A stretch of 64,000 nt of DNA from an uncultured cyanobacterium (GCA_963740315.1 CAVUDP010000002.1:544001-608000), one strand, 5' to 3'. Counted from the stretch's first letter, positions 48,884-60,852 are shown. Notes: a model not told the origin generated them from the sequence alone. A program made the numbers and translations.

Positions 48884-49000
48884 CTGAAATGAGATAATAT
48901 CTATTAATTAAATTAAGATTCGGTAACTATAAAAGCTATTCGCACACCGAGGCAATTGGTTGACTATCTGGATAAGGTGTAACTAAGGATTTGTGATGGA

Positions 49001-49261
49001 ATGGAACAAAATATCGATCGAGAATTACCTATGATGTTGCAAGCAACTGCCATGAATAGATTACCTACTTTACGTTTTGGCGATAGAGGAAGTGCTGTTA
49101 GAGTTTTGCAACGGCTTTTAGTCGCCAAGCGCTACCCGATTAGGCTTGACGGTGATTTTGGTGTTTTAACAGAAACTGCTGTTAAAGCTTTTCAAACCAG
49201 GCGAGGTTTAGCGGCAGATGGTATTGTTGGTTCTAGAACTTGGCGAGCGTTATCAACTTGA
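49001..49261 (+). CDS. peptidoglycan-binding domain protein (PG_binding_1)
   Basis: 'LRFGDRGSAVRVLQRLL...DGDFG..TETAVKAFQ...GL.ADGIVG..TW'. Confidence 0.9.
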   Translation: MEQNIDRELPMMLQATAMNRLPTLRFGDRGSAVRVLQRLLVAKRYPIRLDGDFGVLTETAVKAFQTRRGLAADGIVGSRTWRALST

Positions 49262-49314
49262 AAATTAATCTTTTTATTTGCTAAAAACAAGATTTGCTAA
49301 AAACTTTCGAGTAA

Positions 49315-51720
49315 CTAATTAATTACTAAAATTTTTTTTTCACAATTTTTTTTTGCGGGTTGCGATTGGGTTGATTTAATCAGTGGTAATTTGACTGTAA
49401 ACTTTGAGCCTTTACCTTCTCCTGGACTTTCTACAGAAATGCTACCGCCGTGCAATTCGACTATATGACGTACAATTGCTAATCCTAATCCTAGTCCATT
49501 ATGCGCTCTGGCGTTGGAACTATCGCCTTGACGAAAACGGTCAAAAACATAAGGAAGAAACTCGGAATCTATGCCAATTCCTGTATCGCTGACTTCAATT
49601 ACGGCATATGATAATGAATTGCTTGTCTTATCTTCTAATAAGCGAACCTCTATACAGCCGCCGCAAGAGGTGAACTTAATTGCGTTGGAAAGTAAATTCC
49701 AAATTACTTGCTTTAATCGCTCTTCGTCGCCAGCAATTAAGAAATCTTTTCTTTTGAGAATAGCTTCATAGTCAGCAGGAATTTGATTAAGAGATGCAAA
49801 TTTGAGCGGTTCATAGTTCGTAAATGCTACATTCCCTATATGTTCTTCCATACCAAAACCTTTGTGAACTGATAATTTAATTTCTATTTGCTTAGCAATA
49901 CTTGTCGATCGCAAGTTTTCAATAGCTGCGACAATAATTGAAGCTAAATTACATTCACGGATATTAAGTTGCATTTTACCTTGAATTGTCCGCGACACAT
50001 CTAGCAATTCTTCGATGACGTTATGAAGCTCTCTACTATTACGCTCAATTGATTCTAAAGCTTTTGATGTGGTGGTTTCGTCAAGCTTGCGAACCCGTAA
50101 ATACTGCGCCCATCCTAAGATGCTATTTAATGGCGATCGCAATTCGTGAGATAAGATAGCCAGGAATTCATCTTTGATGCGATTGGCTTTTTGTAGCGAG
50201 TCAATTAAGTTAGCCCGTTGAATTGCGATCGCTATTTGGTTGCAGACAGCCTGCATCATACCTATTTCATAACTGGCAAAGTCAGAACGAGTCCGGCTTC
50301 CAAAGCTAATTGTACCTAAAAGCTGCCCTTGAGCGATTAACGGACAACAGTAATAAGCTCTCATGCCTAAATTACGAATTGATTCCGTGTTTGGATCGTT
50401 GGATTTAAGTACATTTTCTATCTTTGTTGCACTACGCTTGGCGGCTACAGTACCGCAAATCCCTTCACCAAATTTTTGCGATTCAAAATATGTTGCTTGA
50501 GAACAAGTAATTCCACTATAGTTAGTTAACTGTATTGCTCGATCTGTATCAACCGAATAATACAGATAGCAATCTATTCCCAATCTCTGAGCAATTTCAC
50601 CATACAAAACTTCGATTAATTCCTTTGGCTGCTCCGAAGATATTAAATCGCTAGTTGTCTCAAATAATAATTCCAGCCGATCCTGACCTAAACTTAAAGA
50701 TGTTTCTAACTGCTTGAGCTTGGTAATGTCTTGAAATAAAACAATACAAGTTGCCGGATAACCGTGCATGGGCGGCAAAGCATCTGCAAATACTTGTAGT
50801 GGATAGATATCATCTCCTTTACGCCAGTTAATCTCAACTCCTTGAAGCCTTTCGCCAAGTGCAACCCGTTTCATAAGTTTTGCTTCAGCATTGGTAAAAC
50901 CGTACAATTCGCTATACTCTTCTTGAGATTGCGCCAGAGGGAATTTACCACCTGCCATTTCGTCAGCTGCTTTATTCGCAAAAATTACTCTTGCTGTTCC
51001 CGGTTCAATTAACAACAGCGGTGCTGGCATCACATCAAATAGATGTTCTAACCACTGCTGCCCATAGCTGGGTTTTTGTTCTATTTGATTGCGTTCGCTG
51101 ACATTAATAATATATGTATCGGGGTTAGCTTTCTTAATGCTTACGGTACAGCTTACCTTAACTGCCACTTGGGTACCATCGGCGCAAACTAATTCTTTCT
51201 CATAGGGCTTGCAGCTACCAGCAGTTTTAGCTTGGGAAAAGTTATGTTTATCTATATCTAAATATTCTGAGGGCGTAATATTAAACCAATTCAAACCCGC
51301 TTGCAAACAAGAATGGGTATAGCCTGTTATCCGCATAAATTCATCGTTTGCGATACAGATATTACCATCGGCATTCACGAATACAATACCATTGAGGCTT
51401 GCATCTACAACACGAATAAACTTTGCTTCATTTTCTTCAAGGGCATTTATTGCCTTATCCCTTTGACTGCAAGCATTTTTAATTATGCTCGTACCTTTCC
51501 AAATTAATATTGTAAAAATTGCAATTGTGACTACAGCTTCAGAAATAATTGTAAAAGCCGAATCGGATAGCAGGATTTTTTCATCCCCAATAAATAACCA
51601 CCCTACTACTATCAAAATTGCAACGATAAACGATATTGATATACGTGCAAATTTTATAGATTGCGAATGCACTATATTTTGACCCGAATTGTTTTGGCGT
51701 AAGTGGTTAATATAAGACAT
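49315..51720 (-). CDS. membrane sensor histidine kinase (2 TM, PAS, PAS, GAF, HisKA, HATPase)
   Basis: H-box 'LSHELRSPL', N-box 'NLLSNAIKF', 'DTGIG', 'GLGLGLAI'; GAF 'GEGICGTVA...PLI....LGTI'. Confidence 0.92.
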   Translation of the reverse strand: MSYINHLRQNNSGQNIVHSQSIKFARISISFIVAILIVVGWLFIGDEKILLSDSAFTIISEAVVTIAIFTILIWKGTSIIKNACSQRDKAINALEENEAKFIRVVDASLNGIVFVNADGNICIANDEFMRITGYTHSCLQAGLNWFNITPSEYLDIDKHNFSQAKTAGSCKPYEKELVCADGTQVAVKVSCTVSIKKANPDTYIINVSERNQIEQKPSYGQQWLEHLFDVMPAPLLLIEPGTARVIFANKAADEMAGGKFPLAQSQEEYSELYGFTNAEAKLMKRVALGERLQGVEINWRKGDDIYPLQVFADALPPMHGYPATCIVLFQDITKLKQLETSLSLGQDRLELLFETTSDLISSEQPKELIEVLYGEIAQRLGIDCYLYYSVDTDRAIQLTNYSGITCSQATYFESQKFGEGICGTVAAKRSATKIENVLKSNDPNTESIRNLGMRAYYCCPLIAQGQLLGTISFGSRTRSDFASYEIGMMQAVCNQIAIAIQRANLIDSLQKANRIKDEFLAILSHELRSPLNSILGWAQYLRVRKLDETTTSKALESIERNSRELHNVIEELLDVSRTIQGKMQLNIRECNLASIIVAAIENLRSTSIAKQIEIKLSVHKGFGMEEHIGNVAFTNYEPLKFASLNQIPADYEAILKRKDFLIAGDEERLKQVIWNLLSNAIKFTSCGGCIEVRLLEDKTSNSLSYAVIEVSDTGIGIDSEFLPYVFDRFRQGDSSNARAHNGLGLGLAIVRHIVELHGGSISVESPGEGKGSKFTVKLPLIKSTQSQPAKKNCEKKILVIN

Positions 51721-52687
51721 CGATTAGTTCATTGCCGCATCTACCCAACGCGGTAAATTTTAGTAATTCTGACGAATAGTCTTTGAGCTTTCAATCGTAT
51801 GATATGTTACCCCTGGGTAGACCTTGCATCTACCTTTGTACATATTTTCTTTTTTTTCAGGAGATAGTAGGTAATTTATTTAAATCCAAATCACATTTTT
51901 TTAGCGATTTGCTATGTAATTAACTATTAAATAGCTTTAATCGTGCTTAACCTGGATATAACTGAGAATTTAACTTGTAATTGGCTTAAACGTTCTAGCT
52001 GCCAAAATAGAGGATAATTTCTCTTGAATATTGCGGATTAGCTATTATTGCACGTAATAATTTAACTTCTGTATTACTTAAACTTATACTAATGTTTACC
52101 TGAATGATGAGTATCAAACAAAAATAGCTTATAAGTATTTACCGATAAGAAAATACAAGACAAGTAATTGCTCGCCCTTGACAATTAAGGCAATAATAAG
52201 TAGTAAGCTAGATATTATTTTGAAGGCTCCCGCCTGATAATTAAGCGGTTTTCTCAACAACTACTCGGAACTAGAAGAGATTAAAAGTCGTCATAAACTC
52301 AGCATAAATCTATAATATTTTCAAATCACACGCAGATAGTGTAAGTATTACTTAAAACCCATATTATTTTTGAGATAGTTAATAAAATCGTTGAAATCAA
52401 TAGATGATTGGGAACAGTTTTTCCTATATTTTGCGTCATGGGGGAAAGATTGAGGTCAAAATATAGGAGTTAAATTACTCCGAGATAATTCGTAGTTTTC
52501 ATTTTGAAAGTAGCAATTATTACTATTAGTAGCAATTACTAAAAATGAATTGAGAATAACGATAATTTGACATGCCCACTGCTGCAAATGTCAATATATT
52601 TTTCAATATCCGGGTTTTTTCCCCTTTCCATTAGGGCAATAGGTAAGTTAACAATATGGTTGACGTGTTTCAAATGATTCAAAAGTT

Positions 52688-52942
52688 ATGCCTAGAAATG
52701 CAAGCGAATACGCAGTATACCTATTAATGGAAAGCGGACACCGGGAAGAAGTGCGTTTTCCCACAATTCAAGAGTTTCAGAAGTGGTACAGCGGCGAACT
52801 TATGCCCAAGGCTGCTTCTGATGACTTTATAAACGTACCAATTAAGAATATAAGCGGCGAATACATGGTACTTCGTCCATCTCGGGTTGTTGCAATTCGA
52901 GTTGAACCATTATTTAGTTCTAGTGTTGAAAGATTTACATAA
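52688..52942 (+). CDS. conserved cyanobacterial hypothetical protein
   Basis: 84 aa; 'GHREEVRFPTIQEFQKWY', 'FINVPIKN..GEYMV.RP'; ends 3 bp upstream of mltA. Confidence 0.8.
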   Translation: MPRNASEYAVYLLMESGHREEVRFPTIQEFQKWYSGELMPKAASDDFINVPIKNISGEYMVLRPSRVVAIRVEPLFSSSVERFT

Positions 52943-52945
52943 ATC

Positions 52946-54241
52946 ATGAGAAAAACCCTTGCTTTGTTTTCCTTGAGCCTGGGAATAGCCTTTGTTAACC
53001 CGGTGCGTTCGGTCGCTCAAGTAATAATTAGGACAGCGCCTCCGGTCCAAACCACTCCTGTAAGAGTAGCGCAGCCTATTGTCATACCCGCTCCGAACGT
53101 ACCGCAACCAGCAAAAGGGATGATTTCGGCGATTCCATTAAAACCAATTGGTTTGTCCAACGACTGCACGCCTAAATACGCTTGTTTGGGTTGGGATGAG
53201 CAACTTTTTTGGGGTGGAAAAGGCAAAGGTAAAGCTGGCGATCGCTCGGCATTAATTCAATCAATCGATCATAGTTTGGGTTATTTAGAAAAACCCAGCG
53301 TTGCCAAAATTTATCAAAATTATTCCGTCAAGGAAATTACGTTAGACCGCGTGCGGCGTAGTTTGTTACGTTTCCGCGAATTGGTGCGTACATCAAAATC
53401 CGCAGCAGAATTGCAAAACGCAGTTCGACGCGAGTTTACGTTTTACAAATCAACCGGCAACGACGGCAAGGGTACCGTTAAATTTACCGCATATTATGAG
53501 CCAGTTTACGCAGCAAGCCGCGTTCGCACCCAGGAATATAAATATCCTATTTATGGATTACCACCCAACTTTAAACAATGGCAAAAACCACATCCGACAA
53601 GGCTACAGCTTGAAGGGAAAGATGGTTTATTAGGTAAAAATAGTCGTTTAAATGGCTTGGAAATATTTTGGTTTAAAGACCGCTTTGATGCATACTTAAT
53701 TCATATTCAAGGCTCTGCCAAATTAAAGTTAACCGATGGCAGCGTAACAGGTGTCGGTTATGCTAACGCAACCGATTATCCTTGGACGAGCATTGGTAAA
53801 GCATTACTCAACGACGGCAAAATAACCCGCAAAGAAACCACAATGCCGGGTATTATTAACTTTTTCCGCCGAAATCCCCGCGCTATGGATGATTATCTCC
53901 CGATTTGGGAACGTTTTGTATTCTTTAGAGATAAAGGCAATACACCAGCTACTGGTAGCATCGGCGTGCCAGTAACTGCCGAACGTTCCATCGCTACAGA
54001 TAAATCTTTAATGCCTCCCGGAGCCTTAGCTATAATTAACGCTAGTTTCCCTTATGTCGGATACGGTGGAAGATTACAGTATCGCAAAGTTAGTAGATTT
54101 GTATTAGACCAAGATACAGGTAGCGCCATCAAGACACCCGGAAGAGTTGATTACTTCATGGGTACCGGAAAAGTCGCAGGCGATCGCGCTGGGGTAACGG
54201 GTGGTAACGGAAGTTTGTACTATTTACTGCTGAAGAGATAA
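52946..54241 (+). CDS. mltA: murein lytic transglycosylase A
   Basis: 'FTAYYEP', 'IHIQGS', 'RFVFF', 'RSIATD', 'VLDQDTGSAIK.PGRVDYF.G'. Confidence 0.92.
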   Translation: MRKTLALFSLSLGIAFVNPVRSVAQVIIRTAPPVQTTPVRVAQPIVIPAPNVPQPAKGMISAIPLKPIGLSNDCTPKYACLGWDEQLFWGGKGKGKAGDRSALIQSIDHSLGYLEKPSVAKIYQNYSVKEITLDRVRRSLLRFRELVRTSKSAAELQNAVRREFTFYKSTGNDGKGTVKFTAYYEPVYAASRVRTQEYKYPIYGLPPNFKQWQKPHPTRLQLEGKDGLLGKNSRLNGLEIFWFKDRFDAYLIHIQGSAKLKLTDGSVTGVGYANATDYPWTSIGKALLNDGKITRKETTMPGIINFFRRNPRAMDDYLPIWERFVFFRDKGNTPATGSIGVPVTAERSIATDKSLMPPGALAIINASFPYVGYGGRLQYRKVSRFVLDQDTGSAIKTPGRVDYFMGTGKVAGDRAGVTGGNGSLYYLLLKR

Positions 54242-54434
54242 GAATGGGTATAGGGCATTAGGCATAGATTACCTTTATCCGAACCCGAACAATATCAAAC
54301 CATATTTTAAAACTAGGAGTGAGGAGTTGTTTTTTATTTACGACTCTTTACTCCTTATTTTTGCGTGTAAATTGTGCAATACTTTTCGATAATTGGTTTA
54401 ATTTCTCACTAACTATAGAGTGGGAATCGCGAAG

Positions 54435-54589
54435 TAAGTACTTAGGCAAAATTAATTGTATATTGTCATTGCGTTACCCTGACGGGTCAGCAAGCTGAAC
54501 ACGCAGTGTTCCCAATACGGGAAAGGAACGAAGCAATCTCAAGGATTTGAAGCTTTTAGAATGTCAAATTAATTTTGCACGACTACTTA
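54435..54589. repeat. MITE-like element (same left end as 42574) with nested mini-insertions
   Basis: TAAGTACTTAGGCAAAATTAATT ... AATTAATTTTGCACGACTACTTA; the GTCATTGCG...CGAAGCAATC core is interrupted at about 54474-54525. Confidence 0.75.
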
Positions 54590-54811
54590 TCGGCAGCATT
54601 TATTTTTTATTTGAAATGACTATAAAATTTCTGGTTAATCAATTTATACAACTGTATATAGGAAAACAATTAGATTTTTTTAAATTACTAAACTTTCTAT
54701 TCCCTATTCCCTACTCCCTACTCCCTACTCCCTTTCCCCATAGAACAAAATTTCTAAAAATAACGACAAACTAAAAAGCCTTTGTAAATAAATCTCACCG
54801 ATCTTGTAACA

Positions 54812-55852
54812 ATGAAATTTAGCCTCATAGTAGAAAAACTGGGTGAAGCAGCCACTAATTCGAGTCTAGCTAACCAACCAAACCTCGATCCAGAAATTAC
54901 AGCATTAGCGGCGATCGACGAAGCAACAACTGGCACCATTAGCTATATAGAAGGAGCAAAATTTGCGGCGACGCTAGATACAACAACTGCCGATGCTTTG
55001 ATTTTACCTGCCGACGAATTATTACAGTCAAAAGCACAAGAAAAAGGAATCGCTTGGATCGCCACAAAAGAGCCGCGACTTTTATTTGCTAAAACAATCA
55101 AGATATTTTATCAACCTTGGCAGCCCGCTCCAGAAATTCATCCCAGCGCTGTAATTCATGAAAGTGCAAAAATTGGTACAGATGTTTATATTGGTGCCCA
55201 TGTTGTAATTCAACAAAACGTAGAAATTGCCAACAACGTTTGCATCCATCCCAACGTCGTAATTTATCCAGATGTAAAAATTGCCGATCGCACTGTTTTA
55301 CACGCTAACTGTACCATTCACGAACGTTCTGTGGTTGGTGCGGATTGCGTCATCCATAGCGGTACGGTTATCGGTGCTGAAGGCTTCGGTTTTGTTCCCA
55401 CAAAAGAAGGCTGGTTCAAAATGGAGCAATCCGGCTATACAGTTTTAGAAGATGGAGTAGAAATCGGCTCAAACAGTGCAGTCGATCGTCCCGCAGTCGG
55501 AGAAACACGCATCGGGCGCAATACAGTTATTGATAATTTGGTACAAATAGGACACGGTACAAAAGTCGGTTTTGGTTGTGCGATCGCCGGACAATCAGCC
55601 ACCGCAGGAGGAGTTAAAATTGGTAATCGCGTTATTCTAGCAGGACAATCAGGAGTTGCAAATCAAGTCAAAATCGGCGATGGTGCGATCGTATCCGCCA
55701 AAGCCGGAGTTCATAGCAGCGTCGCACCAGGGGAAATTGTTTCCGGCAATCCAGCCATACCTTACAAAATATATTTAAAATCATCTGCAATCATTCAAAA
55801 ATTACCGGAAATCTATCAATACATCAAACAATTGCAGCGAAAATTGAAATAG
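54812..55852 (+). CDS. lpxD: UDP-3-O-acylglucosamine N-acyltransferase
   Basis: Hexapeptide repeats, 'IGAEGFGF', 'VEIGSNSAVDR', 'IDNLVQIGH', 'LAGQSG'. Confidence 0.95.
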   Translation: MKFSLIVEKLGEAATNSSLANQPNLDPEITALAAIDEATTGTISYIEGAKFAATLDTTTADALILPADELLQSKAQEKGIAWIATKEPRLLFAKTIKIFYQPWQPAPEIHPSAVIHESAKIGTDVYIGAHVVIQQNVEIANNVCIHPNVVIYPDVKIADRTVLHANCTIHERSVVGADCVIHSGTVIGAEGFGFVPTKEGWFKMEQSGYTVLEDGVEIGSNSAVDRPAVGETRIGRNTVIDNLVQIGHGTKVGFGCAIAGQSATAGGVKIGNRVILAGQSGVANQVKIGDGAIVSAKAGVHSSVAPGEIVSGNPAIPYKIYLKSSAIIQKLPEIYQYIKQLQRKLK

Positions 55853-56286
55853 CTATTCAATATCCCATCAGAAAATACACAAAGATTGTAGGGTGTGTGA
55901 CCAGCCTACTGACTTTGATAGAATTTTGATGATTTTTGTTCATGCAAAGTAATCTTTATCTAAAAAGGCTTTCAGGAGTTGGGATAATCTCTTAACGTAC
56001 AAATTTCCCGTTTTGGGTGCGACACGAATTTCACGGTATTTATACTTAAAAGTCGCTTCAAAGTAATAACTTTATTACATCGCCTTCTGCGATCGCTTGG
56101 AGGTCGATTACTATAAAAACTTCATTTTTACATACAAATACTTAGATATTTGATAAAAACGTAAATATTTTATTGAAATTACACTTTTTGTAAGGTATAG
56201 TTTTTTACAGAGTATGATTATTTAATTTCGTAACTAACTGAATTTTACTCGTTGCATTAATAAAAGTTAACAATTAAGGCTTGATA

Positions 56287-57174
56287 ATGAAACTCAATAA
56301 GTTTAGTACAATCATCCTAGCACTGGCTGCTATAACGACCTTCGATCTAGTCAAGAACATCAAACCAGCGGCTGCTTTTGGTCTGGTTGGTCTAAGTGAT
56401 ACTAACGATTTAGTTCTCTTCGACTCCGACAATCCCGCTAGTACTACCAATGTCTCAGTTACTGGGGTCGATGGTAACTTGTTGGGTATTGACCGTCGTC
56501 CAGCTAACAATAAAATCTATGGTTTTACTGCCGACAAAATATACACCGTTAACCCGTTTACTGGCGCTGCTTCTTTTGTAAGTAACCTCTCTATTCCCTT
56601 CACTGGAAACTTTATTTCCGGAATGGACTTTAATCCAGTAGTCGATCGCCTACGGGTTGTCGGTGGGAATGACCAAAACTTCCGCATCAATGTAGATACT
56701 GGTGCAGTCATTGTTGATGGGGCATTAAACCCAGGAGATCCTAACGTCACTGCTGTAGCCTACCTCAATGCAGATAATAACCCGAACACTGGAACCGTAC
56801 TGTACGACATTGACTACATTAGTGACACATTATCTATACAGATGCCTCCTAATGATGGGACTTTAGTACCAATAGGTTCTCTCGGTATCGACATCGACTC
56901 AAGAGGAGGGTTCGACATCTTCACGCAGAATGGGGTAAATAATCCGATCGCGGCTTTGACTCCAACCTCAGCATCTGGCTCCAATTTATATAACATCAAC
57001 TTGAGTACGGGTGCTGCTACGTTTGTAGGTAACATTGGCGGTGGTAAAAAGCTCGTAGGTTTAACAGCTCGTGTTCCCGAACCTAGTACTGCCCTTGCTT
57101 TGTTCGGTGCTGGTGCTGTTGGTTTATTGCATCGCTTCCGTCGTCACCGTGCTAATCTAAAGTCGATCGATTAG
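56287..57174 (+). CDS. DUF4394-like secreted protein with a PEP-CTERM sorting signal
   Basis: Signal peptide; 'GID.RPA', 'DFNPVVDRLRVV', 'QNFRINVDTG', 'AVAY.N'; C-terminal 'VPEPSTALALFG...RFRR'. Confidence 0.85.
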   Translation: MKLNKFSTIILALAAITTFDLVKNIKPAAAFGLVGLSDTNDLVLFDSDNPASTTNVSVTGVDGNLLGIDRRPANNKIYGFTADKIYTVNPFTGAASFVSNLSIPFTGNFISGMDFNPVVDRLRVVGGNDQNFRINVDTGAVIVDGALNPGDPNVTAVAYLNADNNPNTGTVLYDIDYISDTLSIQMPPNDGTLVPIGSLGIDIDSRGGFDIFTQNGVNNPIAALTPTSASGSNLYNINLSTGAATFVGNIGGGKKLVGLTARVPEPSTALALFGAGAVGLLHRFRRHRANLKSID

Positions 57175-57437
57175 TCAAAAAAAGCCGTAAGCACAAATAA
57201 TATTCGCCTCGAATAAAATACTGAGTATCTACCGGATATACACCATACTGACTCATGCCCCTCCTCACCGAGGGGTTTCTCATTTTAAATCAACCAGGTT
57301 TTAGCACAGTCTCGCCAAGGCGATGAGCGATCGCTCCCGCGAGAGATAGGCTTTGCTCCAGAGTAGGCGATCGCATAAACCCTCCTCACATACGTCTGAG
57401 CAAAGGTATGATATTAGTAATTAATAATTTCTACGGT

Positions 57438-58337
57438 TTATGAATATCGAATTTGTAGAATCAAACGATTGCCATTTCGAGGTAACTTTAATTTGTGAAT
57501 ACAAGAAGGATCTTGGAAAAAGCCAAATCCAGCATTACCTACAATTGTAAGTTGCGAAGAACGGTTATAGTAACGCCAAACATCTACTTCTTTTTGGATA
57601 TTTGAACGAACAAGCATTTGCCAAGGTTTACGATTGTGCGATTTTTCGATCATGATGTGAGGCCCAGTATTTTCGTTCACATCGGTAATAAAGAAACTAA
57701 CGGTTACGAAATTGAATCCAGCAACATCGTAATGAAAATTGGTCGGTGGATACAGTTTCTGAGTTTCACTTTCTTCTAAATCGGAAGCAAAACTCCAAGT
57801 TAGGTGACGGGTAATTAAAGTTGGGTAATAACCGAGATATTTTCGAGCAATTTCAATTAACGTGGCATCGCGGACAATTTTATCCACACTGGGACATTTA
57901 TCGATATTGCTAACTAGCCCGCGCATTACCTGTCTATCTGTACCATTTAAGCGTCCGAAGAAGATATCCGAAACTTTGAAAGAGTCATTCTGTTTGGGTT
58001 CGGTGCAGATATTTAAATCAGCGAAAGAGCGAATTTTTTGTACATCTTCAGGATTCAATTGCAATCCTAGATGTACTCCTGTTTCCCGAACATTATCTAC
58101 ACATTTATTAACTTCAACGGGGGAAACGACTGAAATGCTGCTGATGTTTAATCGCTCTTGATAGAACTCAGAATTAAAACGCTGTAACTGACTTTGGAAA
58201 ATGCTGTATCCACGGCGAACTATCTTAAATCTTCCTAGAGATTGCCAGCGCTTGCTGCTACTAATTCTTTTAGCAAAATCATTACTTTGATGAAGTTTAT
58301 TTTTTTGCTGTGTTAACTGAATTAAGGTACCAGTCAT
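57438..58337 (-). CDS. PhyH-like 2OG-Fe(II) dioxygenase-fold protein
   Basis: HxD in 'FHYDV', 'ITDV....GPH..IEKSH', distal His in 'CIHK', 'RLILQIRY'. Confidence 0.7.
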   Translation of the reverse strand: MTGTLIQLTQQKNKLHQSNDFAKRISSSKRWQSLGRFKIVRRGYSIFQSQLQRFNSEFYQERLNISSISVVSPVEVNKCVDNVRETGVHLGLQLNPEDVQKIRSFADLNICTEPKQNDSFKVSDIFFGRLNGTDRQVMRGLVSNIDKCPSVDKIVRDATLIEIARKYLGYYPTLITRHLTWSFASDLEESETQKLYPPTNFHYDVAGFNFVTVSFFITDVNENTGPHIMIEKSHNRKPWQMLVRSNIQKEVDVWRYYNRSSQLTIVGNAGFGFFQDPSCIHKLKLPRNGNRLILQIRYS

Positions 58338-58852
58338 AAATTATTTTTCTCAAAAAAGTAAGTTTTTAACAGCATGATTTATGCGGTTATTCAGACAGCA
58401 TCACGAGCAAATGTTAGTAGAAAACCGCAATCATTAATGTTGTCTGAGTAATTTCTACAGTGCCATATTTATTATAAATTAGACAATTGTTGAATATGCT
58501 TATTTTTTTTGTGAAAATTCATTAAAACTGCATACAGTTTCTTGTTATTCTTATATATTTATGGAATCAATGAAGTTGTATTCGCAATAGTTTAATTAAA
58601 AAAAGTCAAGAAAAGTATTATTGCTTTCCGGATTAATAATAATTTGAAAATCGGGAAAATAGATATAAATGTTAACGTTTATATTAACAAATAATTTGAT
58701 GAATAATTAGTAAGTATAATTCTGTAGAGAAAATATTTTTTGTAATAATTTGAACAATTAAGCAACTCGATTCAAAAAACGGGTTCCCTAATTTTCAGCA
58801 GATAATTTTTTATAATCAAAAGCATCCTAATTTTTTAATAAACGTTTTACCT

Positions 58853-59128
58853 ATGGAAGTTATCGTTATTCCAGCAATAATTTTATTTGTAACTCCACTA
58901 CTACTATTAAGATGGTCGTGGAAAGCACTTTTAGCATATGTTTTAATAATTGGATGTCCTCTCACTTGGCTTTGGATTGACCATTTTTATGTGACATCGC
59001 AGCCAGATTATGTTGATTCAGCACCGGGAGCAGGTGTTGGTTTGGTATTTGCTCAATTTTATACATTCCTTTTCGTATTGGGAATTGTTCTAAGTATTTT
59101 GTTAGTAGGCTTATATAAAAGAAATTAA
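58853..59128 (+). CDS. small hypothetical membrane protein
   Basis: 91 aa with three hydrophobic segments. Confidence 0.5.
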   Translation: MEVIVIPAIILFVTPLLLLRWSWKALLAYVLIIGCPLTWLWIDHFYVTSQPDYVDSAPGAGVGLVFAQFYTFLFVLGIVLSILLVGLYKRN

Positions 59129-59157
59129 ATTGCGTAGATAATAATTTAATTACGAAA

Positions 59158-59183
59158 AGAGACGCGATATATCGCGTCTCTAC
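59158..59183. repeat. REP-like palindrome AGAGACGCGATATATCGCGTCTCTAC
   Basis: Same core as 8323-8346; lies between convergent genes. Confidence 0.85.
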
Positions 59184-59188
59184 AATTA

Positions 59189-60079
59189 TTAGAATCCTAG
59201 TTTTTCCAAAACTGGCTTGGTGGAAACAATATGTCTTTGTAAACCAAGTTCTTCTGGACTAACCCCCAAGGCTAAGGCGATTAATTGCGGTAAATGCAAT
59301 ACTGGTAAACCTAATTTACGTCCGATAACTTTTTCTACCTCTGGCTGACGGGAATCCAAATTGAGGTGACATAAAGGACAAGGTGTAACCATGCAATCCG
59401 CACCAGCTTCTATGGCTTCTGAGATATGTTTACCCGCCATTTGAAAAGATTGGGTAGTCGCATAGCTCGAAAGGGGCCATCCGCAACATTTAGTCCGACC
59501 TTGATAATGAATAGGCGTTGCACCCACCGTGCGGAACATATTTTCCATCGCTTCTGGGTTAAAAGGATCGTCGGAGGGCATATTTTGAGCGCGTAGTAAA
59601 TAGCAGCCATAAAAAGCCGCGCATTTAAGATTGGTTAATTTTTTTGTAACCCGTTTTTTTATTTCTTCTAAACCATAATCATTCACCAAAGCATAAAGAA
59701 GATGCAAGACTTGGGTACTTCCGCGATAAGGCGAACAGCTTTCTTTTTGTAACAAACTATTAACTTTATTTAAGTAATCGGGATTATTTTGCCCGCACGC
59801 TTTGAGACGTTCATCTACATGACCGATAACACCTTGACAAGTGCTGCAATGAGTTAGTAAAGGCAGATTTAATTCTTCTGCTAAAGCAATATTTCTGGCA
59901 TTGACTGTATCTTCTAATAGTTGGGAATCTTCCTTAAAAGTGCCCGAACCACAACAAGCTGCTTTTTTGAGTTCAATCAGTTGAATATCCAGAGCTTTGG
60001 AAAGAGCTACGGTAGAAGAATGCAGTTCTCGGCAAGCCCCTTGAGCAACACAACCTGGAAAATAAGCGTATTTAAGCAT
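59189..60079 (-). CDS. hdrB: CCG-domain HdrB-like Fe-S protein (probably a succinate dehydrogenase-associated subunit)
   Basis: 'YFPGC', 'CCGSG', 'CSTC', 'FYGC', 'CCGW', 'CPLCHLNLD'. Confidence 0.85.
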   Translation of the reverse strand: MLKYAYFPGCVAQGACRELHSSTVALSKALDIQLIELKKAACCGSGTFKEDSQLLEDTVNARNIALAEELNLPLLTHCSTCQGVIGHVDERLKACGQNNPDYLNKVNSLLQKESCSPYRGSTQVLHLLYALVNDYGLEEIKKRVTKKLTNLKCAAFYGCYLLRAQNMPSDDPFNPEAMENMFRTVGATPIHYQGRTKCCGWPLSSYATTQSFQMAGKHISEAIEAGADCMVTPCPLCHLNLDSRQPEVEKVIGRKLGLPVLHLPQLIALALGVSPEELGLQRHIVSTKPVLEKLGF

Positions 60080-60409
60080 TTGGAATAGAATACAATAGCG
60101 ATTAATTGGGGATGCGGATTGAGCTAGTCTGCTTTTAGGATTTCCCCTTCCCGTAGCTATTGGCGCTCGGAGGAGATATCCTTCCCTAAAACTGTTTTAT
60201 CATTGTTGCTGTTGCCAATCGGCGGCTTTGAGTGTGGATATCAACACTAACTATTAGTAACATTCAAAGAAAAAAACTTAGTAATAATTACAAAACAGAA
60301 ACATATACATCGTGTATGCGAACGCGCTTTCAGATAAGATGTATATGCTCAAAATGGCGACAGAGCGCCAAGAGCAAAAATAAGCAACACCGAAGAGGTA
60401 TTTGAATCT

Positions 60410-60661
60410 ATGAGTCAAGCGTCCATTTTTGAAAAAGTCAAGAAAATTGTTGCCGAACAATTAGGTGTCGAGGATGAAAAAATCACCCCAAATGCAAATT
60501 TCGCCAATGACTTAGGGGCTGATTCCTTGGATACGGTAGAACTCGTAATGGCTTTGGAAGAAGAATTTGATATTGAAATTCCTGACGAAGCCGCCGAAAA
60601 AATTACTACAGTTCAAGAGGCAGTTGACTACATTAACAATAAAGTCGCCGCATCCGCCTAG
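60410..60661 (+). CDS. acpP: acyl carrier protein
   Basis: '[20 protein letters not shown]'. Confidence 0.97.
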   Translation: MSQASIFEKVKKIVAEQLGVEDEKITPNANFANDLGADSLDTVELVMALEEEFDIEIPDEAAEKITTVQEAVDYINNKVAASA

Positions 60662-60852
60662 CATAGGGAATAGATAATTGGGGATTGGGGACGAGGAGCA
60701 GTTAAAAGTTAGTCGCGATCGAGATCGGCAAACTATTATCAAATTTTGTCTCGCTAACTATTACAATTTTCTTATCCCTAGTTCCTAATTTCCAATTTAT
60801 ATCCTATGTGTTGAGCTGCTGCTTGTGCCGTCGAGCCACCATAAATATCATC

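Noticed and set aside
52510..52523. NtcA-like site GTAGCAATTATTAC (GTA-N8-TAC)
   Set aside because: I found no TAN3T -10 box at the canonical ~22-nt spacing on either strand, and the motif is short in AT-rich DNA; not supportable alone
57378..57395. CTCCTCACA resembling the Yfr1 sRNA core motif
   Set aside because: Mismatches to ACTCCTCACAC and no clear flanking terminator hairpin
59189..60079. Heterodisulfide reductase as a sign of methanogen-like metabolism
   Set aside because: Stand-alone HdrB-like CCG proteins are common in cyanobacteria, and no hdrA or hdrC is present
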